Assembly (NCBI RefSeq): GCF_009914755.1
Contig: NC_060927.1
Strand: one strand, 5' to 3'
Source: the human T2T-CHM13v2.0 reference genome, Homo sapiens
DNA: 64,000 nt
The notes beneath the pieces were generated by a model. The model saw nothing but the letters and a program-made list of their open reading frames with translations, was not told the DNA's origin and made no database searches. Within the stretch, counting starts at the first letter, position 1. Each line of letters opens with the position of its first letter. This document shows positions 27,551-41,313 of this stretch, one piece after another. A program made the position numbers and the translations under genes.

Positions 27551-28214
27551 TGGAAGTCAGTATGGTTGTTGCGTTATGCCAACTGCCATCATGTGTTCTC
27601 AAGTACCTTAGGGATTTCTGGTCTTAATTTACATTTCTTTGTGATTTTGCTGCTTGGCTTGGCTCTTGGTGATATTCATGTATTCGTTTATTCAACAATT
27701 ATTTATTGAATACTCACTATGCACTAGATTCTAGGACTACAGTGATTAGAAAAACACATACAGTACTTACAGTCTGGATCCTTCTACCTGGACAGCCAGT
27801 AACTGTAATTTTTGACTGTCACTTCTCAGATTCCATCTAATGCTCAGGAAGCTTCTTAGAGAGACCCAAAAAATCAGTGTTGGTCTCTCTAGATACCACC
27901 TCCAGGTGGCACACATCTATTGGCATACTTTTCTTAGAATTGATGTTCACTTGGCCTCTAAATAGTGCTTACTTTTGGTGTCCTGATGGTAATGCTTTGC
28001 CTGATAGTTGGGACACTGTGCTACTGTGTCTGCATATCAAAGAAATAAGAACTTGAAAGTGAGCAAAATAACAGTGCTTCTGAGCACTGAACTCTAAGAG
28101 CAACTCATGGAAGAAAAAAAAAATTGTGTGTACACAGTCACCTTAAGGAGAAAGATAACCATTGAATCTAGATCTTTTCTCCTGCTTCTTTGAGCACAAG
28201 GATAGTCACATAAC

Positions 28215-28803
28215 TGTTTAGAATGTACCCAGGATTTGATTTGTACAGTTATGATAAGATGCCTGACATGGAGACAGATGTCTGTATCTGTAAGAAGAGT
28301 TTATTGCTCACAGTTCTTCAAAGGATAGGAGGCATGTTATGCCACAAAGGAAGGTCACATGGGGAAGCACCAGGATAGGTCAGGAAGCAAAAGCAATGAA
28401 GGGAAAGCATGGGCAAACCATTTACTGTGTGTTTTTTTTTCATAGGCAGGAGTGGGCAAGGCAGGGTAAGCAGCTAAGCAGGCCTAGGATTGGATAGTTT
28501 GAACGATTTCAGCAGGTTTTGAAATCTATCAAAACCATGTGAGTGGTTTCTAGTTATGTGAGACCTGACCCTAGGGGCATATAAGGTGGGAGAACATTGG
28601 CTTGGTGTGTGAGAGTTTGGTAAGGGAGGTGATTGGGGGTTTGAACTAAAAAATGATTGGTTTGTATATCAAAGGCATGCTAAAAGGCAGGTTGTTTGCT
28701 GTCTATAGGAATTAGCTAACACTGGGAGAGTAGTCCCTCTTAGGTTCATAAGGCCCAAAGTTGTCAAAGCATCAAAAAATATTGAAAAAAAAAGATTAAT
28801 ACA
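28215..28803 (-). mobile_element. MER74-family ERVL solo LTR
   Basis: Reverse complement begins tgtattaatc..gatgctttgacaactttgggcc..gagggactactctcccag..gctaattcctatagacagcaaac, as in the MER74 consensus. Confidence 0.7.
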
Positions 28804-29026
28804 ATGGCCAGTCATAAGACATTATCCCCTAGTCCCAGCAATTGGTGTAAAGGGTAGGGATATGACCCAAAGCAGACCAATTACTCTTTTCCTTCACTAT
28901 CTTGTTATGTAAGGATATGGTCCTGTATATATACATATTAGGTTCCTTCTAATATGTTAGGAAACATATATCTATGTATGTATACACACACATAAACACA
29001 CACATACACACACGTATACATATATA

Positions 29027-29611
29027 CAATCATGTGTCATTTAATGATGGAAATACATTCTGAGAAATACACTGTTAGGTGATTTTATCATTGCGTGAAC
29101 ATCATAGAGTATACTTACACAAACCTAGGTGGTATATCCCACTATACACCTAGGCTATGTGGTATAGCCTATTGTTCCTAGGCCACAAGCCTGTACATCA
29201 TGTTATTGTACTGAATATTGTAAGCAACTGTAACACAACTGTAAGTCTTTGTGTATCTAAACATATCTAAACATAAAAAGGCACAGTAAAAATATGGTAT
29301 AAAATATAATAAATGGCACACCTGTATAGAGAAGTTACCATGAATGGAGCCTGCAGGACTAGAAGTTGCTCTGAGTGAGTCAGTGAGTGAGAGGTGAGTG
29401 AATGTGAAGGCCTAGACTATTACTATACACTGCTGTAGACCTTATAAACACTTAAGCTACACTGAATTTGTTTAAAAAATAAAGTAATTGCATTACAATG
29501 GCTATGAGTCACTAGGTGATAGGAATTTTTCACCTCCATTATAATCTTATGGGAGTACTGTCATATCGGTGGTCCATCATTGACAAAATGTTATTATGCA
29601 GAGCATGACTG
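29027..29611. mobile_element. Tigger3 (MER7/Golem)-type TcMar-Tigger non-autonomous element
   Basis: Terminal caatcatgtg.. and ..gcatgactg, each flanked by TA; internal match to the Tigger3 consensus. Confidence 0.85.
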
Positions 29612-29637
29612 TATATATACATAAATACATGTATATA

Positions 29638-29734
29638 CAACTGCTCCTGGACTTACAGTGGGGTTACATGCTAATAAGCCCTTCATAAGTTCAAAAAATT
29701 ATAAGTTGAGTCATCGTAAATTGGGGACCATCTG
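29638..29734. mobile_element. MER47C-like TcMar-Tigger MITE (~97 bp)
   Basis: caactgctcctggacttacagtggggttac..tcgtaaattggggaccatctg. Confidence 0.75.
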
Positions 29735-29766
29735 GGTGTGTGTATACACACACACACATATATGTA

Positions 29767-32094
29767 TAGGTGTATCTTCTTTTATTGTACCTCACTTTAT
29801 TGAGCTTTATATTTTTTACAGATTGAAGGTTTCTGACAACATTGCATTGAGCAATACTATTGGTGCCATTTTCCCAACAGTATGTGCTCGCTTTGTGTCT
29901 GTCACATTTTGGTAATTGTAATATTTCCAACTTTTTCATTATTATTGTATCTATTATGGTGATCTGTGATCAGTTATCTTTGATGTTACTGTTGTAATTA
30001 TTTTGGGGTGCTATGAACCAAGCCCACATAAGATGGTGAACTTAATTGATAAGTGTTGTGTGTGTTCTCACTGCTCCACCAACTGGCCATTCCTTCATGT
30101 CTCTCCCTCTCCTTGGGTCTCCCTATCCCCTGAGACACTACTCTATTGAAATGAGGCCAGTTAATAACCCTACAATGGCCTCTAAGTGTTCAAGTGAAAG
30201 GAAGAGTCATGCATCTCTTACTTAAAATTAAAAGCTAGAAATGATTAAACTTAGTGAGGAAGGCATGTCAGTAGCTGAGGTAGGCCAAAAGTTAGGCCTC
30301 TTGCACCAAACAGCCAAGTTGTGAATGCAAAGTAAAAGTTCTTGAAATTAAAACAGTGAATATACAAATGATAAGGAAGTGAAATAGGCTTACTGCTTAT
30401 GTGAAGGAAGTTTTAGTGGTTTAGATAAAAGATCAAACCAGATACAACATTCCCTTAAGCTAAAACCTAATCTAGAGCAAAGCCCTAACTCACTTCAATT
30501 CTATGAAGGCTGAGAGAGGTGAGGAAGATGCAGAAGAAAAGTTTGAAGCTAGCAGAGGAGGTTGGTTCATGAGGTTTAAGGAAAGAAACTGTCTCTGTAA
30601 CATAAAAGTGTAAGGTAAAGCAGCAAATGCTGATGGAAAAGCTGCCACAATTTATCCAGAAGATCCAGCTAAAATCATTTGAGGAAGGTTACTACACTAA
30701 ACAACGGATTTTCATTGTAGAACAAGGAAGAAGAAGATGCCATCAGGACTTTCCTGGCTAGAGAGAAGAAGTCACTGCCTGGCTTCAAATCTTCAAAGGG
30801 CAGGCTTACTTTCTTATTAGGGGCCATTGCAGCTGGTGACTTTAAGTGGAAGCCAATGTTCATTTACCATTTCAAAAATTCTAGCACTCTTAACAATTAT
30901 GCTATATCTACTCTGCCCATGCTCTACAAATGGAAGAGCAAAGCCTGGATGGCATCACATCTGTTTACAGCATGATTTACTGAATATTTTGAGTCTACTC
31001 AGAAAAAAAGATTCCTTTCAAAATGTTACAGTTCATTGACAATAGACCTAGTCACCCAAAAGCTCTGATGGAGATGTGCAAGGGGTTTTATCGTTGTTTT
31101 CATGACTGCTAACACAATATCCTATTCTGCACCCCATGAATCTAGGGGTAATTTCAACTTTCAAGTCTTCTTATTTAAGAAATACATTTCATAAGGTTAT
31201 AACTATCATTACGGTAGTTTTTCTGATAGATCTCAGAAAAGTAAATTGAAAACTTTCTGGAAAAGATTCATGATTCTAGATGCCATTAAGAACATTCATG
31301 AGTCATGGGAGGAGGTTGAAATATCAACACTAATAGGAGTTTGGAAGAAGTAGATTTTAACCCTCTAGGATGACCTTGAGGAGTTCAAAACTTCACTGGT
31401 GGGACAAACTGGAGATGTGGTAGAAATAGCAAGGGAACCGGAATTATAAGTGGAGCCTGAAGATGTGGCTGAATTGCCACAACTGATAAAACTTGAATGG
31501 ATGAGGAGTTAATTCTCATGGATAAACAAAGAAAGTGGTTTCTTGAATCTGCTCCTGGTGAAGATGCTGTGAACACTGTTGAAATGACAAGAAATAATTT
31601 AGAATATTCCCTAAATTTAGTTGATAAAGCAGAGGCAGGGTGTGAGAGGATTAACTCCATTTTTGAAAGAAGTTCTGCCATGGGCAAAATGCTATCAGAC
31701 AGCATCACATGCTACAGAGAAATCTTTCATTAAAGGAGGAGTCAATTAATGAGAAACTTCATTGTTGTCTTATTTTTAAAAGTTACCTCAGCCACCCCAA
31801 CTTTCAGCAATTACCACCATGATCAGTCAGCAACCATCAATATCCAGATAAGGTCCTCCACCAGCAAAAAGATTATGACTTACTCAAGGCTCATATGACT
31901 GTTGCATTTTTTAGCAATAAGGTATTTTTAAATTAAAGTACGTACATTTTTAGACATAATGCTATTGTATACTTAATAGACTACAGTATAGTGTAAACAT
32001 AACTTTTATATGCACTGGGAAATGAAAGAATGTGTATGACTTGCTTTATTGCATTGGTTTGGAATAGAACCCAAAATATCCCTGACATTGGCCT

Positions 32095-32095
<1 letters not shown>
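29767..32095 (+). mobile_element. Tigger1, near full length, with disabled pogo-family transposase
   Basis: Both ends present; transposase start ATGGCCTCTAAGTGT at 30175 (MASKCSSERKS..) hits TAA after 16 codons; fragments appear in ORFs 30827..31039 and 31497..31733. Confidence 0.93.
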
Positions 32096-32137
<42 letters not shown>

Positions 32138-32200
32138 CATATATGTATGCCTGTATACACACACACACGCACACACACACACAACATGCACACACAACAA
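32096..32200. repeat. (TATACA)n followed by (CA)n simple repeats
   Basis: Seen directly. Confidence 0.9.
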
Positions 32201-32568
32201 TCATCTGGATAGCAATTGAGTCCTGTATGGAGGAGTCAGAGACACGTGGGTTAAAATCTCAGCTCTTAAATTTACTACTTGTGTGACTCTGAGCTAGGTA
32301 CATAACCTCAATTGAAAGTAGACATCTCAGGGTTGTGGTAAGAATTAAACAGAGTTTATTATAGTTATTTTTGCATAGTAAGTACTCAACTAGTGTCAGC
32401 ATCACTCCCAGATTTGAGTTAAGAAGTTTAATTATTAGCACATGTGATTCTCTGCAAAGTTGTAGCCCCTCTGGAAGGAATTCGTAAGCCCTTTAATCTT
32501 TGCCTGTTGTCTTGTTTTTATGGTACGCTTTCAGTATGAATAAGGTACCACATATAAAACACTGGACA

Positions 32569-32935
<367 letters not shown>

Positions 32936-33225
32936 CTAGAAATGTTGGCTTCCCCATTTGGAGATCTCCCTCTAGCACTGCTCTGGGCAGAGATGATCCT
33001 AACCTATCAGCGGAACTCTCCTGTCTTTGGGGCAGGACTGTCCCTGGGGAGAGGACAGTGACACTGCGCTGCCACAGCTCCATGACCACCCATGCTTACA
33101 TTTCTCATTTTATGTTCTTTAATACATGACTTTTTAATTTTTATTTTAAAAGATCACATCTTTTTGATACTCTTTTCCTCTGACCACACCACCTGAACTC
33201 TTCCTCTCAGATAGCCCTAGCTTCA

Positions 33226-33354
<129 letters not shown>

Positions 33355-33494
33355 TCATAGCATGAGAATCTGTTCAGGAAAAAGCTGAGTCTTTCAATAA
33401 GGCCAAGCTCCTAGGTGCTGCTGAGGACAAACTGAACTGGAGGGCTGACAAATAGTCTCTAGGTGGTAACTCTTGCATCTAGAGGAGCAATAGG

Positions 33495-33725
33495 GGGAGT
33501 GGTTGAGAGTGATACTCACTGTCAGACTTCTAGGTTTGAACCCCAGCAACTCCGCTTCCCTGCTTATGTGACTTTTGGCAAGTTACTTGATTGCTCTATG
33601 TCTTGAATGTCTTCTCTGCAAAATGGAGCTTATAATTATACTCTATCTCATAGGATTATTGTGAAGACTGATTAATCCTTGTAATAAATTTAGAACAGGG
33701 CCTGGCACATGTCAATGCTTACTAT
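33495..33725 (+). mobile_element. MIR SINE
   Basis: gtggttgagag..tgtgacttttggcaagttactt..ctgcaaaatgg..gcctggcacat. Confidence 0.75.
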
Positions 33726-34231
33726 TAATATGGTCAAATAAAGCAGTACAGGGAAGAAGAAATCTGCAGGAACACAGTTGAGTGATGACCAAGTACTAAG
33801 GCTTACTGCCTGAGAATTGACTCAAAAGGTTAGGAATAGTGAATGCTGGCTAGAGAAATTTACTAGGGACAATAATAAATTAACATAGAACTTCATGGAG
33901 AACTAAAATAATGGATTGGCTTATGTCCCAAAAGTGACACAGTAGATCTCCAAAGGGGCCTTTTTGAAGGATAAGATCAGAGCTACAGGAGTGGCTGGGA
34001 ATTAAGGAGTCAGCTGGGAACTAAGGGGAATAGGTCTCCAGCCTACAGAAGATTTAATGGGACAAAACCAATTGTGAATCAAATATCCAAGAGTTGTTGA
34101 ATGTTCCTGCCCACCAACCTATGAAAGCTGAATCTCTGGATTTCTACTCAAGAGACAAAATTTCACTACCTGAGAATTAGAAGTGTCTGAAAATGAAGTA
34201 GTTTCTGAGGCAGGTGCAAATGGATAGGCTG

Positions 34232-34676
34232 ATATAGCAGTGGCCTCCCATAATCTATTCCTCTCAGTGTCCATGCATTTGTGTAGCTCCCTCCCACAAT
34301 GATGAGGCATTTAGTCACATGACTCATTTTGGCCAATGGGACATTAGGAAATGTGATATAAGCAGAGGCTTGAAAAGCGCCTGTGTATTGGGGCTGGCTC
34401 CTCTCTTGCTTCTGGGAAGTTTTCAGGGCCATATTAAAAAGCCTACAATGGTCTCCAGGAGGATAAAAGTATACCTGGAGAAATATCCTGGCCATCCTGG
34501 CTGCTGAGGCACAAATGCACGAGTGAGTTCTGTTGGCACCACGTGGAGCACTATGTGAAGCAGAGAAGAATTCAGCCAATACTGCCAACCTAGCGAATGT
34601 TGAGTACATAGTGATTGTTGTTTTCAGCCAGGAAGTTCTGGGCTAATTTTTTCACTCAGCAACAGATAACTGATAC
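34232..34676 (+). mobile_element. MLT1 (MaLR) solo LTR
   Basis: catgactcattttggccaatgggacattag..gcagaggcttgaaaagcgc; 3' end gcaacagataactgatac. Confidence 0.75.
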
Positions 34677-35829
34677 TGTAGTTTCTCATCACTGGAAGGT
34701 GCCAGCAGGACTGGGCAACTACATAGGATTTGGAAGAGGGAGATCTTATACCAGTGAAGAGTCCTCTATGACTCCTTCAAAATATGGAATTCTTGGGTGA
34801 AAGAAAGAAAGAAGAAAACATTCAAAGCAGAATCTAAAATCAGACCCCTAGCCTTGTTTTTGTCATTTAAAGGCCTAATCTCCTAATCTGTCCATAATGA
34901 ATGTTGTCTTTCTTTCCTCCCTCAGATTTTCTTCTCATTTACTCTCCAAGTGGGTAGAACTTGATAAACAAGAATTATAGTCCATCTCAAAGTAGATTTA
35001 GTATTTCTGGACAAAAGAGCCCAAGTTCCTCCCAAACCTATCAAAACTGATATTGTCTTTTGCCCCAAAGCTTCCTCTAATATTTCAGTAAAACAGGTGG
35101 TTTAGGGATTTACCAAACAGTTGGAAAGAAAAGACACTAAAATTAGCTGTGCCATTTTTTGTCATTCTCAATGATTTCTATTAATCTCAATTTCTTCTAT
35201 CAAGCAGGATATATTGAGTTAAAGATTTTGAATTCTATTAAAAATTATAGTGATCATCCATGAAAAGTCTACTCACTTCCTTCTCAGGCTAAGATGAGCA
35301 AGTATGGGTTGGCTTAGTCAGGAGAGGGCTCCAAGGAAGTTGAATCAAACCCGTAGATACTTGGGGTCCTTGTACTTGTGAGGTGGGTAGGGGGTCCTGA
35401 TGGACCAGATCTAAATAGTTTGCATCTGTCTTGGGATGAAGTTGGCATATAACTATGGGCTATGCACTTTACTTTCCCAATCCCATTTAACTCTCCCCAC
35501 AGCCCACTTTGACAGATGGAAGATGAGGCTCAGAGAAGAGAAAGAACTTTCCCAGGTCATACAGGTAGTAACTGGTAGACCTGGGATTCACACCCACATC
35601 AGTCTCATTCCAAAGCCTGCACTATTAACCACAATGCCTTCTTCTAGAAGGTCTTGGAGTAGCTCTCCTATTCTTGCAAGTATCCCCTTTGGCCACCCCA
35701 AACTAAGGATACTTATAAATGTTATTCAAGAATTAATCAAGGTTAATTAAGAATTTACCCTGTACCTATAGAATCATAACTCCCACAGGAAAAGGAAAGT
35801 TGAAAGATGTTCTCTCCTCTTTTTTTCTC

Positions 35830-37075
35830 TGATGCTACATACTGAGATTCCTCAGGGTTCGAGCCTCCTGTACCTTCTCTTCAGTCCCCTCTCCCTAGGT
35901 GTACTCATCCATTCTCTTGATTTTAAATGTCCTCTCTTAGTTGATGGCTCCTAAAATATATTTACGGGTAAACCTCTCCTCTGAGTACCAGTTTTTGAAA
36001 CCAAATTTTGAAAACTTCCTCATAAACTGGACCTCGCTACCACAATTCTTCCTTACCTCAGGAAATGGCACAATTTAATAATCTATCCTTGAGTCAACCA
36101 TTTCCTCCTTCCCTTACTCCCTATATCCAAGCCTTCAACAAACCTTGTAGCTCATATCTCCAAAATATGTCTTAAGTCTCTCCAATTTATCTATCTCTAT
36201 GACTAGTTCCTTAACCCAAGTCATTATCACCTCTTATCTATAGTGGTAGCCTCCTAACAGATCTCCCTTGTCTCTCTTTAATTATCTACACAGTAGCAAA
36301 AGTAATATTTTAAAAAATTAAAACCAATCATGTCATTCTCTAGCTAGAACACTTTGCAGCACTGTCCAGTAGAATTTTCTCAATAATTGGAATATTCTGA
36401 ATCTGCACTATCAAATATAGTAGCCACCAGCCACATGAGACTATTGAGTATTTGAAATGTGGCTAGCATGACTGAGGAACTTAACTTGTTATTTAATTTT
36501 ATTTTAATTAATTTAAATTTAAATAGCCACATGTAGCTAGTGGCTAATGTATAGGAAAGCACAGCTTGCACATGCTCTTATCACATTTAGAAGAATCTGC
36601 TTTTCCTGGCCTCTGCCTCTATATCTGACCACATCCTATGAATGGTTCTTTCACTCTCTGCTTCAGATACACTGGTCTTTTTCCAGGTCCTCAATCACAC
36701 CAAGCTCAGCCCTGCCTCTGTACTTTGCACTACTATTCCTTTTACTTCAAATGCGTTTCTCTCACTCATTACATATTGGCTTCTTTTTAATCATTAAGGG
36801 GCCTCAACTTAAATGTCAGATTATCTTTTCTATATGCACACTTTTATAATGAAACTGGTTTAGTTTTGTAATAGCATTTGTCACAAATTGTAGTTGCATT
36901 TTAACTTTTTAAATTTGTGTTTACATTCTATCCTGACTCCCACCAATCTGTAAGCTTCAGAAGGGCAGGGACCATGTCAGCATTGTTAGTCATGGTGCAT
37001 TTAGAGCCTGTCACAGTGCTTGGAATTTACTAGGTGCTACTCGATAAATATTGTAGAAACAATAAATAAGACAAT
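35830..37075 (+). mobile_element. L2 LINE 3' portion, interrupted by MER3
   Basis: L2 body and 3' end (tgtaagcttcagaagggcagggacc..gtgctactcgataaatattg). Confidence 0.75.
36357..36565. mobile_element. MER3 hAT-Charlie MITE
   Basis: cagcactgtccagtaga..tagccaccagccacatg..tttaaatagccacatgtagctagtggcta. Confidence 0.8.
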
Positions 37076-37934
37076 ATTTCCCACTGTATAACTACACCAA
37101 AACAGTGGCTGGGTAGTTAAACTAAAGTTTTTCTGGTAGCTCAGTGATTCAGAAAAGCACATTAGCATATGGTCCATTTCCTCAGTGGAACTTAAACGAT
37201 TTCTCTCTGTTTGAAAGCATTAGGTTTTGGTATATTTCATTTATGATATGTGTTACATTCTTACTTTTAATATTTAATTAATAAGATGAAATATTTCCCA
37301 TATTTACTGCTTGGACTATTTCTATTCATAGAAGTGGATAAGGCAAAACTTTATAAAACTTTTTAGAACTCTAGCAGGTGGTATGAATGCTATCATTGAT
37401 TTAGCAGCTAAATAGGACTAGTTCTGCATATTCAATAGAGCAATATTCTCTAGCTATATTCCTTGTTATCTTGGGAATGACTTTGCTTATAATTTAGTGT
37501 TGGTTTTAACTGTGGCTCTGAAACTCTGCATCCTGGCTTGTGGGTGATGGTCTCTGGGTGTTTGACAAGTTTCTTGTAATGCTGAGTACCTAACAGAGCA
37601 TTTACAGCAGGTTTTGCAGGAACTAAGTGGAAAGCTGCCATTGTTTCCATTGAGTTTCCAGACCAAAGGTATGTGTTCAACAAATGGTATCATTCAGATT
37701 AAGTTTCTGACTCTAAAAAAATGTTAGTTCATTTCCATCCAGTCTGACTGTATCCTGACCTTACATATGAGAGAGCTGAAAAATGAGTTGAGGCATCTCT
37801 AATTAGCACTTCTGATCAGAACAGGCACAGAGTATTATCTCTAAAGAAAAAGACTTTCTCAAAAGCACTGAGCCCTCTGCTTTCACTCCTTTCTGCTCCA
37901 TGAGGACAGTGAACTCCAGAGTAAGAACGGCAGG

Positions 37935-38380
37935 TGTCTTGGGTTGAGTTCCCCAAGAAGCAAATTTGAGGCAAGAATATAAGTGCAAGTAGGCCATCTG
38001 GGAGGTGATACCAGGAAGCATGAATAGAGGAGTGAGAAATTAGATAGAAGAGGCATCCCAGAAAGGGTGCATTATCAAGTCAGTTACCACTGTGGATAAC
38101 TAGGGCCTGCTGGAGAACTCTGGGAAACTGTATAGAGCATACACCTCAGAGTTTTGCCAACTGAAGGGCAAGGGAGCTGGGGTATTTATATCCCAACTTC
38201 CATTAGTTATTTGTTGAGGGCTACCTCCTGTTACATCTCCTTCCACACTTCTATCTTGCTTTTGGGCATGGATAAAACAGGCTCCAGCAGATAGAGAAAT
38301 CTGCCAGGCAAAGAGGTATTTCAGCTGGAAATTGGGCAGGTGAACAATAAACAGGTAAAAGGAGAAGTTGCATGATTTGG
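37935..38380 (-). mobile_element. LTR16-family ERVL LTR
   Basis: tgtcttgggttgagttccccaagaagc..gaggcaagaatataagtgcaagtag is the reverse complement of the LTR16 3' end. Confidence 0.65.
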
Positions 38381-38393
38381 GCCCAGATGACTT

Positions 38394-38403
38394 TCTATCT
38401 CTA

Positions 38404-38451
<48 letters not shown>
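38394..38451. repeat. (TCTA)/(TCTG)n tetranucleotide microsatellite
   Basis: About 11 uninterrupted TCTG units. Confidence 0.95.
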
Positions 38452-38714
38452 GATATTATATGATATGAAAGTGTGTGTATCTGAGGGAAACACAGAAGGG
38501 GTTTGGGTTTCTGTGTGGGACAGTGTGTCTTAGTGGTATGTGGTAGTGCTTGTGTACAGGTCTTGGCATCAAATGTGTAAGAGTAAAATGATGGAACTAG
38601 AAGAAAACCTGGTACCTATATGAAAATTTGGAGGATTCAAATAATTTCTCCAAGGCATGAAAGTATTATTAATGTCACCAAATCATGGAAATATAGACCT
38701 AGAAGGAATACTAC

Positions 38715-38890
38715 TGTTAATAGCAGATATTTTGGAAATGCTAGCTATGTGCTAGGCGCTCTGCTATCACCTAGGATTGTCTCATTTAATCTTCACAAAA
38801 TTCTATGAGGTAGGTACAATTATCACTCTTATATTTTTAGATGAGCAAAATGAGGCATGGAGAGATTAAGTCACTTTTCAGGGCTACACA
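38715..38890 (-). mobile_element. MIR SINE
   Basis: ctatgtgctaggc..tctcatttaatcttcac..ctatgaggtagg..agatgagcaaaatgaggc. Confidence 0.8.
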
Positions 38891-39109
38891 GGTAAAGGAA
38901 GTTAGAAATACTCTCATCTAACCTTTCTGTTTTACTAATGGAGAAACTGTAACGTTTGGGGTCAGTGTCTTGTCCAAGCACACACAATTGCTTTGGGTTG
39001 GGCTAGTTCTAGAATCTAGATACTCACATCCTACCATGCTCCCTTCTTATCACACTTAATCATACATTGATGTTTTGCCTCTTGCTGTTTCATTGGTAGC
39101 TGTGTTCTA

Positions 39110-39292
<183 letters not shown>

Positions 39293-40729
39293 TTAAGAAT
39301 GTAGCCACAGCAGCTGAAGGCAATGTTAACTTTAGGAGAAAGAGTAGATGAAAGATGTTTGGTCTGGAACCAAAGCCTGGGAGTCTAAGATTGGAGCATA
39401 TGGGATGTAATTCTGGTTTCTATAGCCCTTTACTTGGACTTTTTGTAATCTGCAAATGGCCCTGTGATGCAGCAGTGACTACAATGATCTGCCCATTTTT
39501 CAGATAAGGCCAGTAAGACCCAAGGGAGATAAGTGACTTGCCAAAGGGACCTTCTAGTGAATGAAAACCTGGGACTTGAAGGCAGGTGCCCTGCTTCCAA
39601 TTCCAGTACTCTTTTAGGCATAGCAGGTAGCCTCCCTGGTTTACATTGGCATTAGGTGCCTGAGTCCATCTATATAGCTTTCACAATGGCAGCTCCTGCT
39701 TCATGATTTGAATGGGGCCATATTAATCACATTTTTCTTTTTCTATTTTTTTTTCTGAAGGCAAAATAGCAATGACAACAAAAATTATTAGGAAGGCAAA
39801 AAATCTTTAAACGTACCTATGTGAAAAATGGTTGGAAAATAGTGCACAGACAATACCAGATATTTACCACACTGGTAAATATTATGCACCCATCACACAC
39901 AAGATGCAACCATTCACTTCTAACAAAAGGGCTAAATATTCAGCTCTCGAGTGATACTTTTTAGAGTGACTAGACTGAATCAGCAGCAATCCCTGTGCTT
40001 GGTCACACATCTAAGTGAAGAGGAGGTCTCCACGTACTCCCAGGGTGGAGACTGGATTGGAGTCTTCAGCACTTTAGATATCATTGCTACATCTTAAGCC
40101 AAAGATTTGCAGGAAAGAAGCTCAGACCTCAAATAAGATCAAGGCAGCAAAGGGGACCTTTTGCTCAGAGGTTTTCCTTGGAATATTGGGGATCTAAGAG
40201 GCAGCTTAGTTCTTCTTCAGGGCGCAGATCCCACTGGCCGGTCTTGCCTGAAAAATCTGACTTGGTAATCTGTTCCCAGATCCTGCAGGATGCCTCATAG
40301 ATCTATAATATGATCTGTCTAAAATGAAACATTGTTTCCCCCTAAATTTATTCCTACTCATTTATTTTCTGTCACAGTGAATTGCATCAACACTCATTCA
40401 GTTACTACAAACAGAAAACTGGGCATCATTCCTGATATTCCTCTTTCCACTCACCCTCCCACATCAGGTCCTCTCCATTCTGTCTCCTAACTATGGCTTG
40501 ACTCCAGCACTTCTGTCTATTCCTACTGCTCCTTCTCATCTGCATTACTACAACAGTCTCCCAGCTTGTCTCCTTGTCTCACTTGTACTCCTATCCCCCT
40601 TATAACCCACTAATTATGTTAATTCCCTGCTTAAAATCAAAATGTATATAGGCTAGCAGGTCTTCCAAGGTCTTTCATGATCTGACTCCCTCAGTACTTC
40701 CAAATTCACCGTTTATGATCCATGCTTAC

Positions 40730-41313
40730 TGTATTAGTCACGGTTCTCCAGAGGGACAGAACTAATAGGATATATGTATATATGAAAGGATGTTTATTGG
40801 GGAGAATTGGCTCGCACAATTACAAGGCAAAGTCCCATCGTGTTAGGCCATCTGCAAGCTGGGAAGCCAGTAGTGGCTCAGTTCAAGTCTAAAAGCCTCA
40901 AAACCCGGGAAACTCACAGTGCAGGCTTCAGTCTGTGGCTGAAGGTCTGAGAGCCCCCAGGAAGCCACTGATGCAAGTCCTAGAGTCCAAAGGCCAAAGA
41001 ATCTGGATTCTGATGTCCAAGGGCAGAAAGAGTGGAAGGAAGCATCTGGCTTAGGAAAAAGAAGGAAATCAGAAGACTCGGCAGGCAAGCAAGGTTATAA
41101 CACCTTCTTCCACCTGCTTTGTTCTAGCCGTGCTAGCAGCCGATTGGATAGTGCCCACCCATGTTGAGGGTGAGTCTTCCTCTCTCAGTCCACTGACTCA
41201 AATGGCAGTCTCCTCTGGCAATACCCTCAGAGACATACCCAGAAACAAGACTTTTCCAGCTGCCTAGGCATCCTTCAATCCAATCAGGTTGACCCCTAAT
41301 ATTAACCCTCACA
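40730..41313 (-). mobile_element. MLT2B-type (HERV-L) solo LTR
   Basis: TG..CA termini; perfect 5-bp TSD CTTAC at 40725-40729 and 41314-41318. Confidence 0.88.

Noticed and set aside
30175-31733. Tigger1 transposase as a possible domesticated TIGD-like gene
   Set aside because: Stop after 16 codons and many further stops and frameshifts
32006-32212. ORFs with CICICI / YTYTYT repeats
   Set aside because: Translation of the (TATACA)n microsatellite
34166-34609. 147-aa ORF on the - strand
   Set aside because: Mostly the antisense reading of an MLT1 LTR
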